DNA of 64,000 nucleotides, from the NCBI GenBank assembly GCA_045837725.1, contig JBEWZL010000081.1, positions 1 to 64,000 on the forward strand, written 5' to 3'. Positions 1-12,400 of this stretch are shown here, piece by piece (position 1 is the stretch's first letter; each line of letters starts with the position of its first letter). The notes under the pieces were generated by a model. The model was not told the origin of the DNA, made no database searches, and worked only from the letters and a program-made list of their open reading frames with translations. Source of the DNA: Vermamoeba vermiformis. Its lineage: Eukaryota. Position numbers and translations under genes: made by a program.

Positions 1-105
1 ACGAACTAATAACAGGAGACAACGTGGAACAACGAAGTTGGTCAAAACTTTTGACAAAACTTTTGCACGTTGAAAAACATTCGCCGAACATGGTCTAATC
101 TTTTG
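1..105 (+). repeat. Left arm of an inverted repeat: last codons (T-N-stop) and 3' UTR of a + strand receptor-kinase copy lying upstream of the window
   Basis: 1-105 is the reverse complement of 1072-1176 with 2 mismatches. It opens with ACG AAC TAA, the same end as the kinase that stops at 1168 (...ENGTN*). Confidence 0.9.
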
Positions 106-1071
106 CCGTGTTCCTTTAACCTGAAAATTCTGGCCCAATTTTTTCGGCCGAGCAAAAAACAAGCCAATTTTTGCGCAGAGCGTTTGTTTAATTGTTTGAG
201 ATGATGCACACAACAGCGCTATAAGTCTAAAGCTTATTGTTACATTGATTCACCCATTTATAAATGCAATTAAGTGAAGTGGCAGATTTGGCTGGATGGT
301 GAGATGTGTCAAATCCGCAATACTAACACCTCCACAACAATATTTGAGGTACATCATCACGCACACAGGTACATATATGCATGCGAAATTATTTTGGTAG
401 ATATTCGGCATTTACTAGCGTGAGATTCGCATCCTCGGGAATATTAAATTGCGGTCGGATCACTCATTTTCAGCTTGAACATGCTTTTTCCTTCTTTCCT
501 TATGCCATAATGGTATCTTTATTATGATTTTTGTCGACTGGTCGCCATCAGTAGTTAAATTGGGTTGATATTAGAATTTTGGCGAGGATCGCTCAGATTT
601 GTGACAGATGGAAAATTAGTTTACTGTTTTTATCAAATCATGCTCATGTTGAGCTCATTTCCATTATTTTAATGTGTAAATATTACGATCTTGACAAAAT
701 TAGAGCTCTCCGATATTTTGCAATGGGCGGCGATGCACAACAAACGATCGAAAAAAAAATTTCGCGAATCTCACCCCAAAAAATTCATATAATATTATAA
801 TCACGCTGTATACGATGACATAATATGGTTAAATTAAGGGCACGAGGAATTTGCAGTCCAGCAGCAGGTGAATGTGAAATAAATCAAATCCGATCTTGCC
901 ATCTGACAGACCAATGCCAAACTCAACACTCATGACCGTAATTCTGTTGATTTTGATTAAACAATGCATGTGGATTGCCTGGAATCCAATTTTGGTATTT
1001 AGTGATCTGTGGTCTACCGATCTAGCGAGATGCGAACAAGCAACGATCACCCCGCTCGTAATAATGATTAA

Positions 1072-1176
1072 CAAAAGATTGGACCATGTTCGGCAAATGT
1101 TTTTCAACGTGCAAAAGTTTTGTCAAAAGTTTTGACCAACTTCGTTGTTCCACGTTGTCTCCTGTTATTAGTTCGT
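1072..1176 (-). repeat. Right arm of the inverted repeat (stop codon and 3' UTR of receptor kinase 1)
   Basis: Reverse complement matches 1-105 at 103/105 positions. Confidence 0.9.
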
Positions 1177-4100
1177 ACCATTTTCTTCGACCATCTGTTC
1201 TAATCTCTTGCAAATCTCTTCGAATGTAGGTCTTTGGTTAGGATCTTGCGCCCAGCATTGTTCAATGAGCTCTTTGAATTCATCTGGACAACTGCTTGGA
1301 ATTTTTTCACGATTGCCCTCGGTGACAAATCGCGCAATCTCCCAACTGTGTTCGATGCCTTGATAAGGCTCTTTTTGACAATAAAGCACCCACAACATCA
1401 CCCCGTAGCTGTAGACATCGCACTTGGTGTCGTAAGGACTTTTCGCTAGAATTTCAGGAGCCATGTAGATCGGGGTACCGATGCCGACTAGTCCGACATT
1501 AGAGATGAAACAGTAACAATATCGTTTCAGATCTTACCAGTATAAGAGTTGGAGCTCTTCTCCGAGACAGCTCGCGACGTTCCAAAGTCCGTTAGCTTGG
1601 CAACAACAGGGTCATCGGGGTCGGTTGACACGCACTGTAAAAATGACACGTGTCAAACAAAGTGTCAAAGACCAGTATGAAGTGTCGCTTACCAAGAGGT
1701 TATCGAGCTTCAAGTCGCGATGTAGGATGTGATTCTGGTGCAAAAACAGCATTGCTTGTGCTGCGTCAAGTGCGACACGCAGCTTGAATCCGTAGCTCAC
1801 TTTACTGGCCTTAATCGCGTACTACAGTCTGTTAGTACATATTGAGCAGATGGTTCGTTGTTACCTTTGACACGTTGCCATTTTGAATGAACTCAGTTAC
1901 GAGTGCGAAGCGACCTACCACTTTTGATGCACCAATAAATTGGACTATGCACGAAAGGCTATTAGAACCAGTACGAGTGCTATAAACGAGCAAGCATGTA
2001 CGTACCAATATTTTTGTGTCGCAACTTGTTCATGAGATCCACTTCACGATCGAACTCATCCGACATCTCTTCAGGCATGTCTTGCAACTTCAACACCTTC
2101 AACATCTTCACTGCAACGTCTTGACCTCGATACTACAAGAATATTAGACCCGTAACAATGTGACTCATTCTCCAACTTACTGTTCCCTTGTAGACAACAC
2201 CGAATGCACCATCACCAACTGGTTTCGCTCCTGATCCTCCTTCGAGCACCACTTCATCGAGATCAATGAACGATGACAGTTCACTCATCAAATGAAGTGT
2301 GATGAACGAGTGTTTCTTCTCCGACGAGCACTCCACACCAATGTCAACATCGATCTCAGTTGTCATTTGCATTGTCATTGTCACTTCAACTTCAACTGGT
2401 TTGCCTTTCTTCACGACAGCTGAGGGTGGACTGAACGCTATTGTCACTTTCTTGCTTGTTGGTGGACGGAACTCAAACGGCATGCTCGAAGACGTTGATG
2501 ATTTCTGAAATCAGGGTAAGTAAAGTTGACGTAACCAGTGCAATTAATTGCAGCGTACCTTTTCCTTCAACGAAATGACAATTGTGTCGGTGTATTGTTG
2601 ACCAACCTTGAACTGATTACTTCCAGTATTGAAATCGATCGCCTTCGACAACTCAAAGGGAAGTTCGTCAGCAGTGATAAGCCTGTTTGAGCGTTAGGTC
2701 TGGTTTTATCGTGCGGCCCAATACTTACTCAGAATCAGCTGGAGGTTCCCAGTTCTTGTCCGGATTGCTATTGATCATATTTCTTTCAATTCCGTACTTG
2801 GAAGTATTGTTCGCGCTGCGTCGACGAGAATTCATTCTTGACAAATTCACCGTAGTTTGCACGGCTTTTCTCTTTTTCCTGTCACGTCGTTTCAACAACA
2901 TTACCAGCACTACAACGCCTGCAACGACTACTGAAACACTCACGACGACAGCAGGAACAACAGTTCGAACCATAGAATCTGCTTGCTCATTGGTTACTAT
3001 GCTATCTGAAGCAGGTGTCATTGGATCAACGACAGTGGTGTTCGCTGCAGACGGGCACGTGTCTAACGTACAATTAGCTCTTTGATCGGACTTAGAGATC
3101 GCAACTTACCAAGGCAATCGCTATTGACTCTGCTTGATGCACAACTTTCAGTGGTTCGGCAATACAGACAGCTGAACGCAAGACAGTCTGAGCAGCTTGA
3201 TGAGAATCTAGCACATGGATCGGTTTCGATGTACTCCTCTGTTAAAGCCTATGTCAGCCCTATACAATAAATCGCTCTTTGACTACTAACCTGAAGCGCA
3301 CGAGGTTGAGTTCTGACCGTAAAAACCAGCGTCGCAAACACAGGCGCTCAAACAACCCAGTCCGCCGTCACACTCCTCACCGTCATCCAGTACCCCATTG
3401 CCACAATCTGATCATTGTTAGTCAAGTGATAATAGCTCGATTACAGCGGTTGCGTACCTGGCGTGCAATCGGTAGAATTCTGTGACGTGAATCCAGGGTT
3501 GCAAGTACAGTTCGCAGCGCATCCAATACCTCGGTCACATTCTTCGTTTGTATTTAACACACCATTTCCGCACTGGTACACCTGAGTGACATCTTCGAGC
3601 AATTAGTTTCGGTCAGATCACAAACACTTTTACGAACCAACGCAAGAGCCATTGACGAGGACTTGACCTCCGCTGCAATTGTTACATTGAAATCCTCCTG
3701 CGAAATTCACACAAACTTGACCAGGACATGCACTAGCGTAGCTGCACTCATCGATGTCTAGCTTCTATTAGACAAGTTGGACGTCACACAAGATGACTTA
3801 CCGTTGCACGTCACACCGCCGTCAGTTGTGTTGTAGCCAAAAGGACACTCTAAAGAATTGTAAGCCGGTGCGAAATCTGTCTCGCAAGTGTTGATATTAC
3901 TTACCACATGAATAGCCAGGTACCTGATTGATACATGTGGCAATAGGATCACAGTTGTCAGTGTGTCGTTCGCACTCATCCACATCAGTGTCGCAGTTCG
4001 TTCCACGCCACTCAGGGTCACACGTGCACTTCGAAGTGAGTGGATTGCACGTGCCGTGAAGGCAGTTTGGACAGATGCCTAATGAGTCTGATTAGCCCTG

Positions 4101-5082
4101 CAGAAGCGAATCGTCAACACTTACAATCAAGCGTTAAACAGTTGGGTTGCATCCCGGTATCATCTCCTGCAACTCGAAATAGTGGTGCCCACAGACCTCC
4201 CGGTACATTCAGAGCGCTGAGTGCATCAAATAAGCGCATCGAGACAGATGGACCTGTAGAAGGTGTGACGGTAGTACCCGTGCAAGGCTATTTAAAGAAG
4301 GTTAGCAAGTGATGGCCTTGAAGATTCCGCTTACCGCTAGTTTGCAATTCGGATGGATCAGAGCTCCGTAACCACGCAAATCAGTCCATCCGCTAGTAGT
4401 TCCCTGAAAGTTCTTTTTTTTGCATTCCAAAATGTCTTGTCTATGCCTACGACGCCGGTGACTTTGTAAGGTACTGAAATTTCATTAATATCTCGCTTTA
4501 CAATTTTAGGTAACATTAACATCGTAATTACGCACCACCGTTTCGGAGCTGATATTCATTAAAAAATGCGGCAGTACCAACTTGCACAAATTTGGCGTTT
4601 GAGGCTTCAGTAATCTCGTTGCTATCTCCGTCCGCACAAACTAAATAGCTTGGCAACTGGGTCAGATTCAGAGTATTAGGCACGATTAAATCGCCTAATT
4701 TAAATCGCCCTATATTTAATGGATTAATACGATTTACTGTAATTAGTAATAAGGATCTTGCCGCAACGGTTCACCAAAACTGAAATTATGTTCAGAAAAG
4801 AAGGCATAAAAAATAATTAATAAATTTGATTAGGTTGAGTCTAATGACGTCTTATAAACTCTATTACTTGTTCAAGATATGCATTGCAAATCGTAAAATT
4901 GCTACGTAAAAGATACGAAAATCATGCTTACCGGTGCATACTGGTTTATAAATAGAATAAAGCTGACCATTAGAAGCACTGAAAGAAGTAAGAGGCTTCC
5001 ATTCGGTTGTGTTATATAAAAAGAGTGCATCCGTGCTGCACAGCAAAATTGCCACGACACATATCAGCAGGAGCTTATTCAT
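1168..5082 (-). CDS. Receptor-type TKL protein kinase 1 (multi-exon): signal peptide, shared N-terminal domain, Ca-binding EGF and CGNG-type Cys-rich repeats, TM helix, Ig-like juxtamembrane domain, kinase. Apparent 1-nt frameshift at 4414-4421.
   Basis: Signal peptide MNKLLLICVVAILLCSTDA; D-x-D-E-C EGF motifs; TM VVPAVVVSVSVVVAGVVVLVMLL followed by KRRDRKKRK; kinase motifs GDGAFGVVYKG, VAVK, HRDLKLDN, DFG, YMAPE, DVYSYG; GT-AG introns join the ORF fragments. Confidence 0.9.
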
Positions 5083-5250
5083 GTTGCGAGCCGTGTTGCT
5101 CAAGTTAGAGTTGAATCAAAACAGATTTCGGAACCGATCAATAATGTGACACTGACCAAAAAAGGACATATTTTGTTCGGAATAATTATGAAACGTTAAG
5201 TAATTACTTTTTTATTTTACATTCAAAAATAGATCATTAAGTAAGCTAGT

Positions 5251-8200
5251 CTATTTCTTCTTAGAACGGGGAGTAGGAACACTAATAGGCTCATCATTAT
5301 TCTGCGCCATCTGCTCGAGTCGAGTGACGATCTGTTCGAACTCAGGTCGTTCACTCGGTTCTTGTGCCCAGCACTGTTCAATCAGCTCTTTGAACTCTGG
5401 AGGGCAGTCCTTTGGAATCTTCTCACGGTTACCTTCCATCACGAAGCGTGCAATCTCCCAACTGTGTTCGATGTTCTTGTAGGGCTCTTTCTGGCAGTAC
5501 AGAATCCACAACATGACACCGTAACTGAACACATCTGATTTGGTGTCATATGGCTTCTTGGCAAGAATCTCAGGTGACATGTACATCGGAGTACCGACGC
5601 CGACTAAGAAACGATTGGTCAGTACAGGGAAGACGAAGTAGCTATGCTTCCTACTTACCAGTGTAAGAGTTTGACATTTTTTCCGAGACAGCTCGTGATG
5701 TTCCAAAGTCGGTCAGCTTGGCGACAACAGGGTCATCAGGATTGGTTGACACGCACTAAAAAAAATGACACGTGTCAAACAAAGTGTCAACTATAAGGTT
5801 GAAGTGTCACTTACCAAGAGGTTATCGAGCTTCAAATCACGATGGAGAATCTTGTTCTCGTGCAAGAAGAACATTGCACGTGCTGCATCAAGTGCAACGC
5901 GAAGTTTAAAGGCATAACTCAAGGTCTTGTTGGCATTGAGAATTATCTAAAAAAAAGTCAGTACAAGTGCGCGATATGAGAATGCCAAGTCACTTACATT
6001 GGCGACATTGCCTTTGTCGATAAATTCCGTGATCAAAGCAAAGCGACCAACGACTTTTGATGCACCAATGAATTGAACTATGCAAAAGAGTAAGTACGAG
6101 ATACGACACGCACGAACAATATTTCCGTACCAATATTCTTGTGTCGCAACTTGTTCATGAGATCGACTTCTCGATCGAACTCATCCAACATCTCTTCAGG
6201 CATGTCTTGCATCTTCAACATTTTCACTGCAACATCTTGACCTCGATACTACAAGCACATTAGATTAGCAGCACGACGTGACTCATTCTCCAACTTACTG
6301 TTCCCTTGTACACAACACCGAAGGCGCCATCTCCAACTGGTTTCGCTCCTGATCCTCCTTCGAGCACCACTTCATCGAGATCAATGAACGATGACAGTTC
6401 ACTCATCAAATGAAGTGTGATGAACGAGTGTTTCTTCTCTGACGAGCACTCCACACCAATGTCAACATCGATCTCAGTTGTCATTTGCATTGTCATTGTC
6501 ACTTCAACTTCAACTGGTTTGCCTTTCTTCACGATGCCTGATGCGGGGTTGAAGACCATTTTGAGTTTCTTTGTTGTGGGCGGATGGAACGCGAACGGAA
6601 CTCCTGCTGCTGTGGCTGATTTCTGTTGCAAGGCAAGGTTAGCTAACGTTGTACAGGCGTCGAATGTCTTACCTTATCCTTTGCAGTGATCGTGATGATG
6701 TCAGTGTACTGTTGGCCAACCTTGAACTGATTGCTGCCAACATTGAAGTCGATCTTCTTTGACATGTCGAATGGCATCTTAACGACCTCTTCGAACTCAT
6801 AATCAGCGGGAGGCTCCCAAATCCTGTCAGGCGAACTGTTGATCGTGTTACGCTCAATTCCGTACTTGGATTGGTTGCGTGTCATTCTTCGAGAGTTGCT
6901 TCGTTGAAGGCTCATTCGCACGGTCTGAGCCTTGGCCTTCTTCTTTTCGCGCCGCTTCAGCAGCACGACCAGCACGACGACACCAGCTACCGCACCTGCA
7001 ACGCTAAGAACTACAGCAGGGACCACAGTTTGTATCATGGCAGCATTGGCATCAACGGCACTCAGCGGTGCGGACGCATCAGGAGGAACAATCACGTTAT
7101 CATTGAATCCAGGACATTGATCTGAATGGCGTCAGTACACGAGGGGATTGTGATCATGATGCGCCGTGCTTACCGAGGCAGTCGCTAGATATTCTGTTCG
7201 TCGCGCAAGTGTTGGTAGAGTTACAGTACAGGCAATTGAAGGCCAAACAATCGGAGCAGTTTCCGTTGAATCTAGCACAAGGGTCCGTCTCAATATACAC
7301 TACAAACCGTTAGTACTGATTAGCTGGCACTAGCTGAATTCCGTACCTGCTTGACAGCTCGTCGAGTTCGCTGGTTGATAGCCCTGATTGGCGTCGCAGA
7401 GGCACGTGCCAAGACATCCCATTCCTGAATCGCACTCCTCGCCCGCGTTAAGAACACCGTTGCCACAGTCTGGTCCAAGGTAAGCTTATGTGTCGGATAA
7501 TGAACTAGCAGTACTTGCCTCTAGAGCAGTCAGTGGCATTTTTTGGAGTAAAGCCCGCCGAGCAAGTGCAGTTGATATTGCAGCCCAAGCCTCTGTCGCA
7601 CTGTTCTCCACTATCCAAGACTCCGTTACCACACGCGTACACAGCAGCAACATCTGTAGTGCAATTGTTAGCACAGTGTTTATCCCTTGAAAACACATCC
7701 TTACCTTGGCAGACACCGTTAACCAAAATTTTTCCTTGGGTACAGTTGTTGCACTGGTAACCACCCGGATAGTTGGTGCATACGTCACCGTTCGTGCAAA
7801 TAGTCGCGTTCAAACATTCGTTAATGTCTGCAGATAGTTAGCCCGATGTATATATGCGACATTCATTTGACTTACCATCGCAAGTGTAGCCATTAGAGTT
7901 CAATGTATATCCACTAGGGCACGCTGAATACATGTTAATAACGCCTATACTAGTCTCACAGAGCCTGTCGGTACTTACTGCAGTAGTAACCAGGAGCCGT
8001 GTTGAAGCATGTACCGACAGCATCGCATTGTGCAATACCAACGTCGCATTCGTTGATGTCTTCAGTGCAAGTCGTGCCTTGCCAGCCAGGGGAACAAACA
8101 CAGCCTCCGGTGGATGGATTACAGAAACCGTTCACGCAAGTAGATTCGCAGAAACCTTACGAAGAACAGGTTAGGTCTGTCAAAGCGTCATGTACTCCAA

Positions 8201-9158
8201 ATTACTTACATTGGGGAGTCAAACACTTGGGATTGAGGTAATCGGCACCCGATTCGCCAGCGAAGCGGAATAAAGGTAGGAAATAGCCGTAGGAACTTGT
8301 ATTAACCAAAGATAACGCGTCATAGAGCTTGTAGTAGATAACACCATTCACATCAGTATAAGAAAGTGAAATGCCTCCACAATTCTATTGACTAATTAGT
8401 AAATTGCATCCGTCAGGAAGGAGATGCGACATCTACGTACCACAATTTTACATGTAGTGCTTGTGATTACTCCGTAACCTCGTAAGCCGTCATCTTCAGT
8501 AGTAGAACCACTAGACTGCGGTTGCAGTACTAACCAAGTTGACAGTGGCAAGGAGACCGATCCCAGAACGAGCGTAATGTCTGAGAGAAAAACGTTAAAA
8601 TGACCCTTCAATTTAGTCGAATATACTTACTTCCACCGTCGACTGATTTAAACTCTCTGAAGAAGGCGGCAGTTCCGGCAGTTTTTACTGCTCCGTAGCT
8701 TGGGGCTTCAACAATCTCGCTGCTGTCTCCACCCACGCATACTAGCGCTCTAGCAATTACGCTGCTATCTACGTTTGTATCGGAGCTAATTACTACGTCA
8801 CCTATTCGGTAACGTCCTAAAATTGATTCAATTAGAAGATCTGTCATGTAATTTCAATACTTTACTCCGTAATTGCCGAAACGTGAAATATTCCCAAACA
8901 TATGTAAAAATATGATTTACAAACTTGAGGTAATAGAGCAAGTAAGAGGGTTGACGTCTGGATTAACTCCGAAATTTAAATTGAACAATGATTTTCTTCA
9001 AGCTTACCTGGACATACAGGCTTGTAGACGTTGTAAGTAGTTCCCGAGGTTGCTATAAATGAACCAGTTGCTCGCCACTCAGTTGCATTGTACAATCTAA
9101 GCGAGGAAGCCGTTGGCAACAACGCGCCGAGCAAGAAGATGAGCCAGTAAAGTTGCAT
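5251..9158 (-). CDS. Receptor-type TKL protein kinase 2 (multi-exon), tandem paralog of kinase 1
   Basis: Signal peptide MQLYWLIFLLGALLPTASS; EGF and CGNGVLDSGEQCDRGLGC repeats; TM followed by KRREKKK; GDGAFGVVYKG, HRDLKLDN, DFG, YMSPE, DVFSYG; most intron positions shared with kinase 1. Confidence 0.92.
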
Positions 9159-9427
9159 TTCGACTGTCAACTAGACTTGCAAACGTGTTATCGCTATGAA
9201 AAAATAAAAAGTAAAAAAATTCGCCATTGAGCCCGAGGTTTAAATCCCGTCAACGTTTGACACGTGCCAATTTTAGATTTCCTGAGTTAAAAATTGTTTA
9301 TCAGTATTCTTAGTTGTCTATATAACTACTTACTATTTATTACATTATTTTCAAACAAGGTAATCTACAAATTGTCGCTAATATTTCTTTGTTGATTCAA
9401 AATTGAGTTCCGGTTTTGGATGGCGTA

Positions 9428-12400
9428 TTAAACAAGGAAGGTTGATTTTCGCTTCGAGTTGGATTGAGCTGGCATTGTCGCTCGATTAGTTTCGAACATC
9501 TTTTCTAAATGCTCGACAATGTAATGGAACGTTGGTCGTTCGGTTGGATCTTGGGACCAGCAAAGTTCAATCAGCGTTCTATAATCTGGAGGGCAATTGC
9601 TCGGAATTTTTTCTCTGTTTCCTTCAATAACAAATTGAGCCACGTCCCAGCTGTGATCAAAATTGGTGTAGGGTTGTTTCTGCGTGTAAAGGATCCACAA
9701 CATAACACCAAAGCTATATACATCCGATTTGGTATCGTATGGCCTCTTTGTGAGGATTTCGGGTGCCATATATATTGGCGTGCCAATGCCCGCTAATTAT
9801 GTTCTTAGTTAGTAAAACGGATCACGAACCGAACAATAGTCGGAAAATTGAATTCGATAATACTTACAAGTATAAGAATTTTGGATTTTCTCCGATACTG
9901 CTCTTGATGAGCCAAAATCGGTTAGTTTCACACATACTGGATCATCGGGAAGAACTGAAACAACCTGCGATCTGGATTAGAAACCTTGTTGCTAAGTAAC
10001 AGCTAGGGAACGTACTAATAAGTTGTCGAGTTTAAGATCACGATGGAGTACTCTGTTTTCGTGCAAAAACAACATAGCACGTGCGGTATCAAGTGCCGAT
10101 TTGAGTTTGAATCCGTAATCGATAGGTTTGTTGGTGTGTTTGAAGACCATCTAATCGAGTATTAAGTCAGTCTTTTTGCAAACAAGTACTATTGCACATG
10201 AACACTTACATCCGCCAAATTGCCTCGTTCAATGAACTCAGTGATGAGAGCAAACTTTCCAACAACTTTCGAGGCACCAACGAATTGAACTGTCATAAAA
10301 ATGTTAGTCGTGCTTCATAGGGGAGGCTTTACGCTAAGTATTAATAGCTCATGTGCTTACCGATATTCTTGTGTCGCAACTTGTTCATGAGATCAACTTC
10401 ACGATCGAACTCATCCAACATCATCTCTTCAGGCATGTCTTGGACCTTCAACATCTTTACGGCGACATCTTGGCCACGGTACTAATACACAACGACCATC
10501 AGATTAAGGGTCTCGCATACGGTAAAGATTTGTGCGTACCTTTCCTTTGTAGACCACACCGAAAGCACCATCACCGACTGGCTTAGCGGACGCACCACCA
10601 GACAATTGTACTTCTTCAATATCGATAAATGAAGACAATTCAGAGACCACATTGACAGAAGCAAAGGTGTGCATGCGCTCTGAAGGGCATTCAATGCCGT
10701 ACTCGAGATCTATCGTGCACGTCATGTTGACAGTGAGCGACACTTCAATTTCGACAGGCTTGCCCTGATAAGCACAAAATATTAACTCCGGTGCACGCCA
10801 AGTATTAGAATGGTCATATTTGACTTTACCTTTTTAATAATACCCGAGGGCGGGTTGAATTCGAGCGTGGCTTTTGGAGTAGATGGCGGATGGAATTCAA
10901 ATTGAATGGCACCACCAAGTGTAGAGGTTTTCTAAAGTAATTAATTAGTTAATCGCTGTCACAACTGCAATCACAATCACGATCGAATTACGACGAGATT
11001 ATAAACATTCAATCGATGGGCGACAAAATTAATTTTTGTGATTTCGTAATCTTAAGTAAATCTACCTTGTCCTTGGCACTAACAATAATGACTTCACTGT
11101 AGCGTTGTCCAACCTTGTATTGATTGCCACCGACGTTGAAATCAACTCGCTTTGAAACATCGAAAGGCAACTTGTTGATCAAAACGAATCTAAAAATGGC
11201 TTTAGTATGGATTACTAATTATCAAGAGTTGAAGCGCTTACTCTGATTGAGGAGGAGGTACCCAGTTTTTCGTCGGCGTAGTCATGATTTCCGTTCGGTC
11301 GATTCCGTACTTGGATCGCGAGCTGTTCGCAGATGTGCGCGAAGAGGCGGACAAACGGATTTCTTGATCGCTCAAACGTTGCTTCTTCTTTCTTCTTTTC
11401 AACAAGAAGACCAACAAGATCACACCAGCAATAACTACGGTCACTGGCACGACTACAGCAGGCACGATAACGCTCGCATCTGCACTCGGATCTACGATGT
11501 CACCGCCAGAATTAGGACCAACAATGCCAGTACCGTTATCGACAGGGGTCATGGGGGCCTCAGGTTGAAAGGCTACAGGTGCTATAGGCACAACGACCAC
11601 ATCACTAGGGCACTCAGCTGAGAATTAGTCGTTAGAACTTCGTGTCACACATTGTAACAAAATCACAACGTACCAACACAACTCGTGTAAATACGATTTG
11701 TGGAGCATGTGCCATCGGTTGGACAGTAGAAACAATATGCTGCAGTGCATTCTGTGCAATTTCCGCTCTGAGTTAAGCAAGGATCTGCCGGTACCAGCTC
11801 TAAACACATAATTAGCTCGTGCAAGCAATGGCGACGTCAAATTGACGACCGTACCTCGCTTGCAGTCTAGTGAACCGGAAGTTACATATCCAAGATTGGC
11901 ATTGCAGACACACGTGCTGTTAATACAGCCAATGCCGCCATCGCATTCCTCGCCGACATCCAGCTGTCCGTTACCACAGTCTTATTTATAAATAATTAAT
12001 CTATGCACGTAGAAACACTTTCATCGCGTTACATACTTTTGGAGCATGACGTAGAATTTTGAGGGCTGAATCCAATGTCGCACTTGCAATTCGACAGACA
12101 TCCGCTTCCACCGTCGCATTGTTCGTTGTTTGAGAGGTCCAAAACGTTATTGCCGCAACGGTAGATATCAGCAGCAGCTATTGAAGGGTTAAGTCTCTAA
12201 AAAGTGGCTCGCAAGTCGATCTACTTACAAAAACAAGTACCGTTATTTCCGATGTCGATATACCCCGTGATGCAATTGGTGCACACATAAGACCCAGGTA
12301 TATTGGTACAATTCTGATTTTTGGACTTGCAAGGCTGGGCAACACACTCGTCGAAGTCGGTGCATGTTCGGCCAGCATCGGTAGTGTTATAACCGTTCGG

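Noticed and set aside
200..1000. Faint Ras-like fragments in the inverted-repeat spacer (QIWLDGEMCQI, IILMCKYYDL, EEFA)
   Set aside because: No P-loop, DxxG or NKxD can be assembled; too weak to call even a pseudogene.
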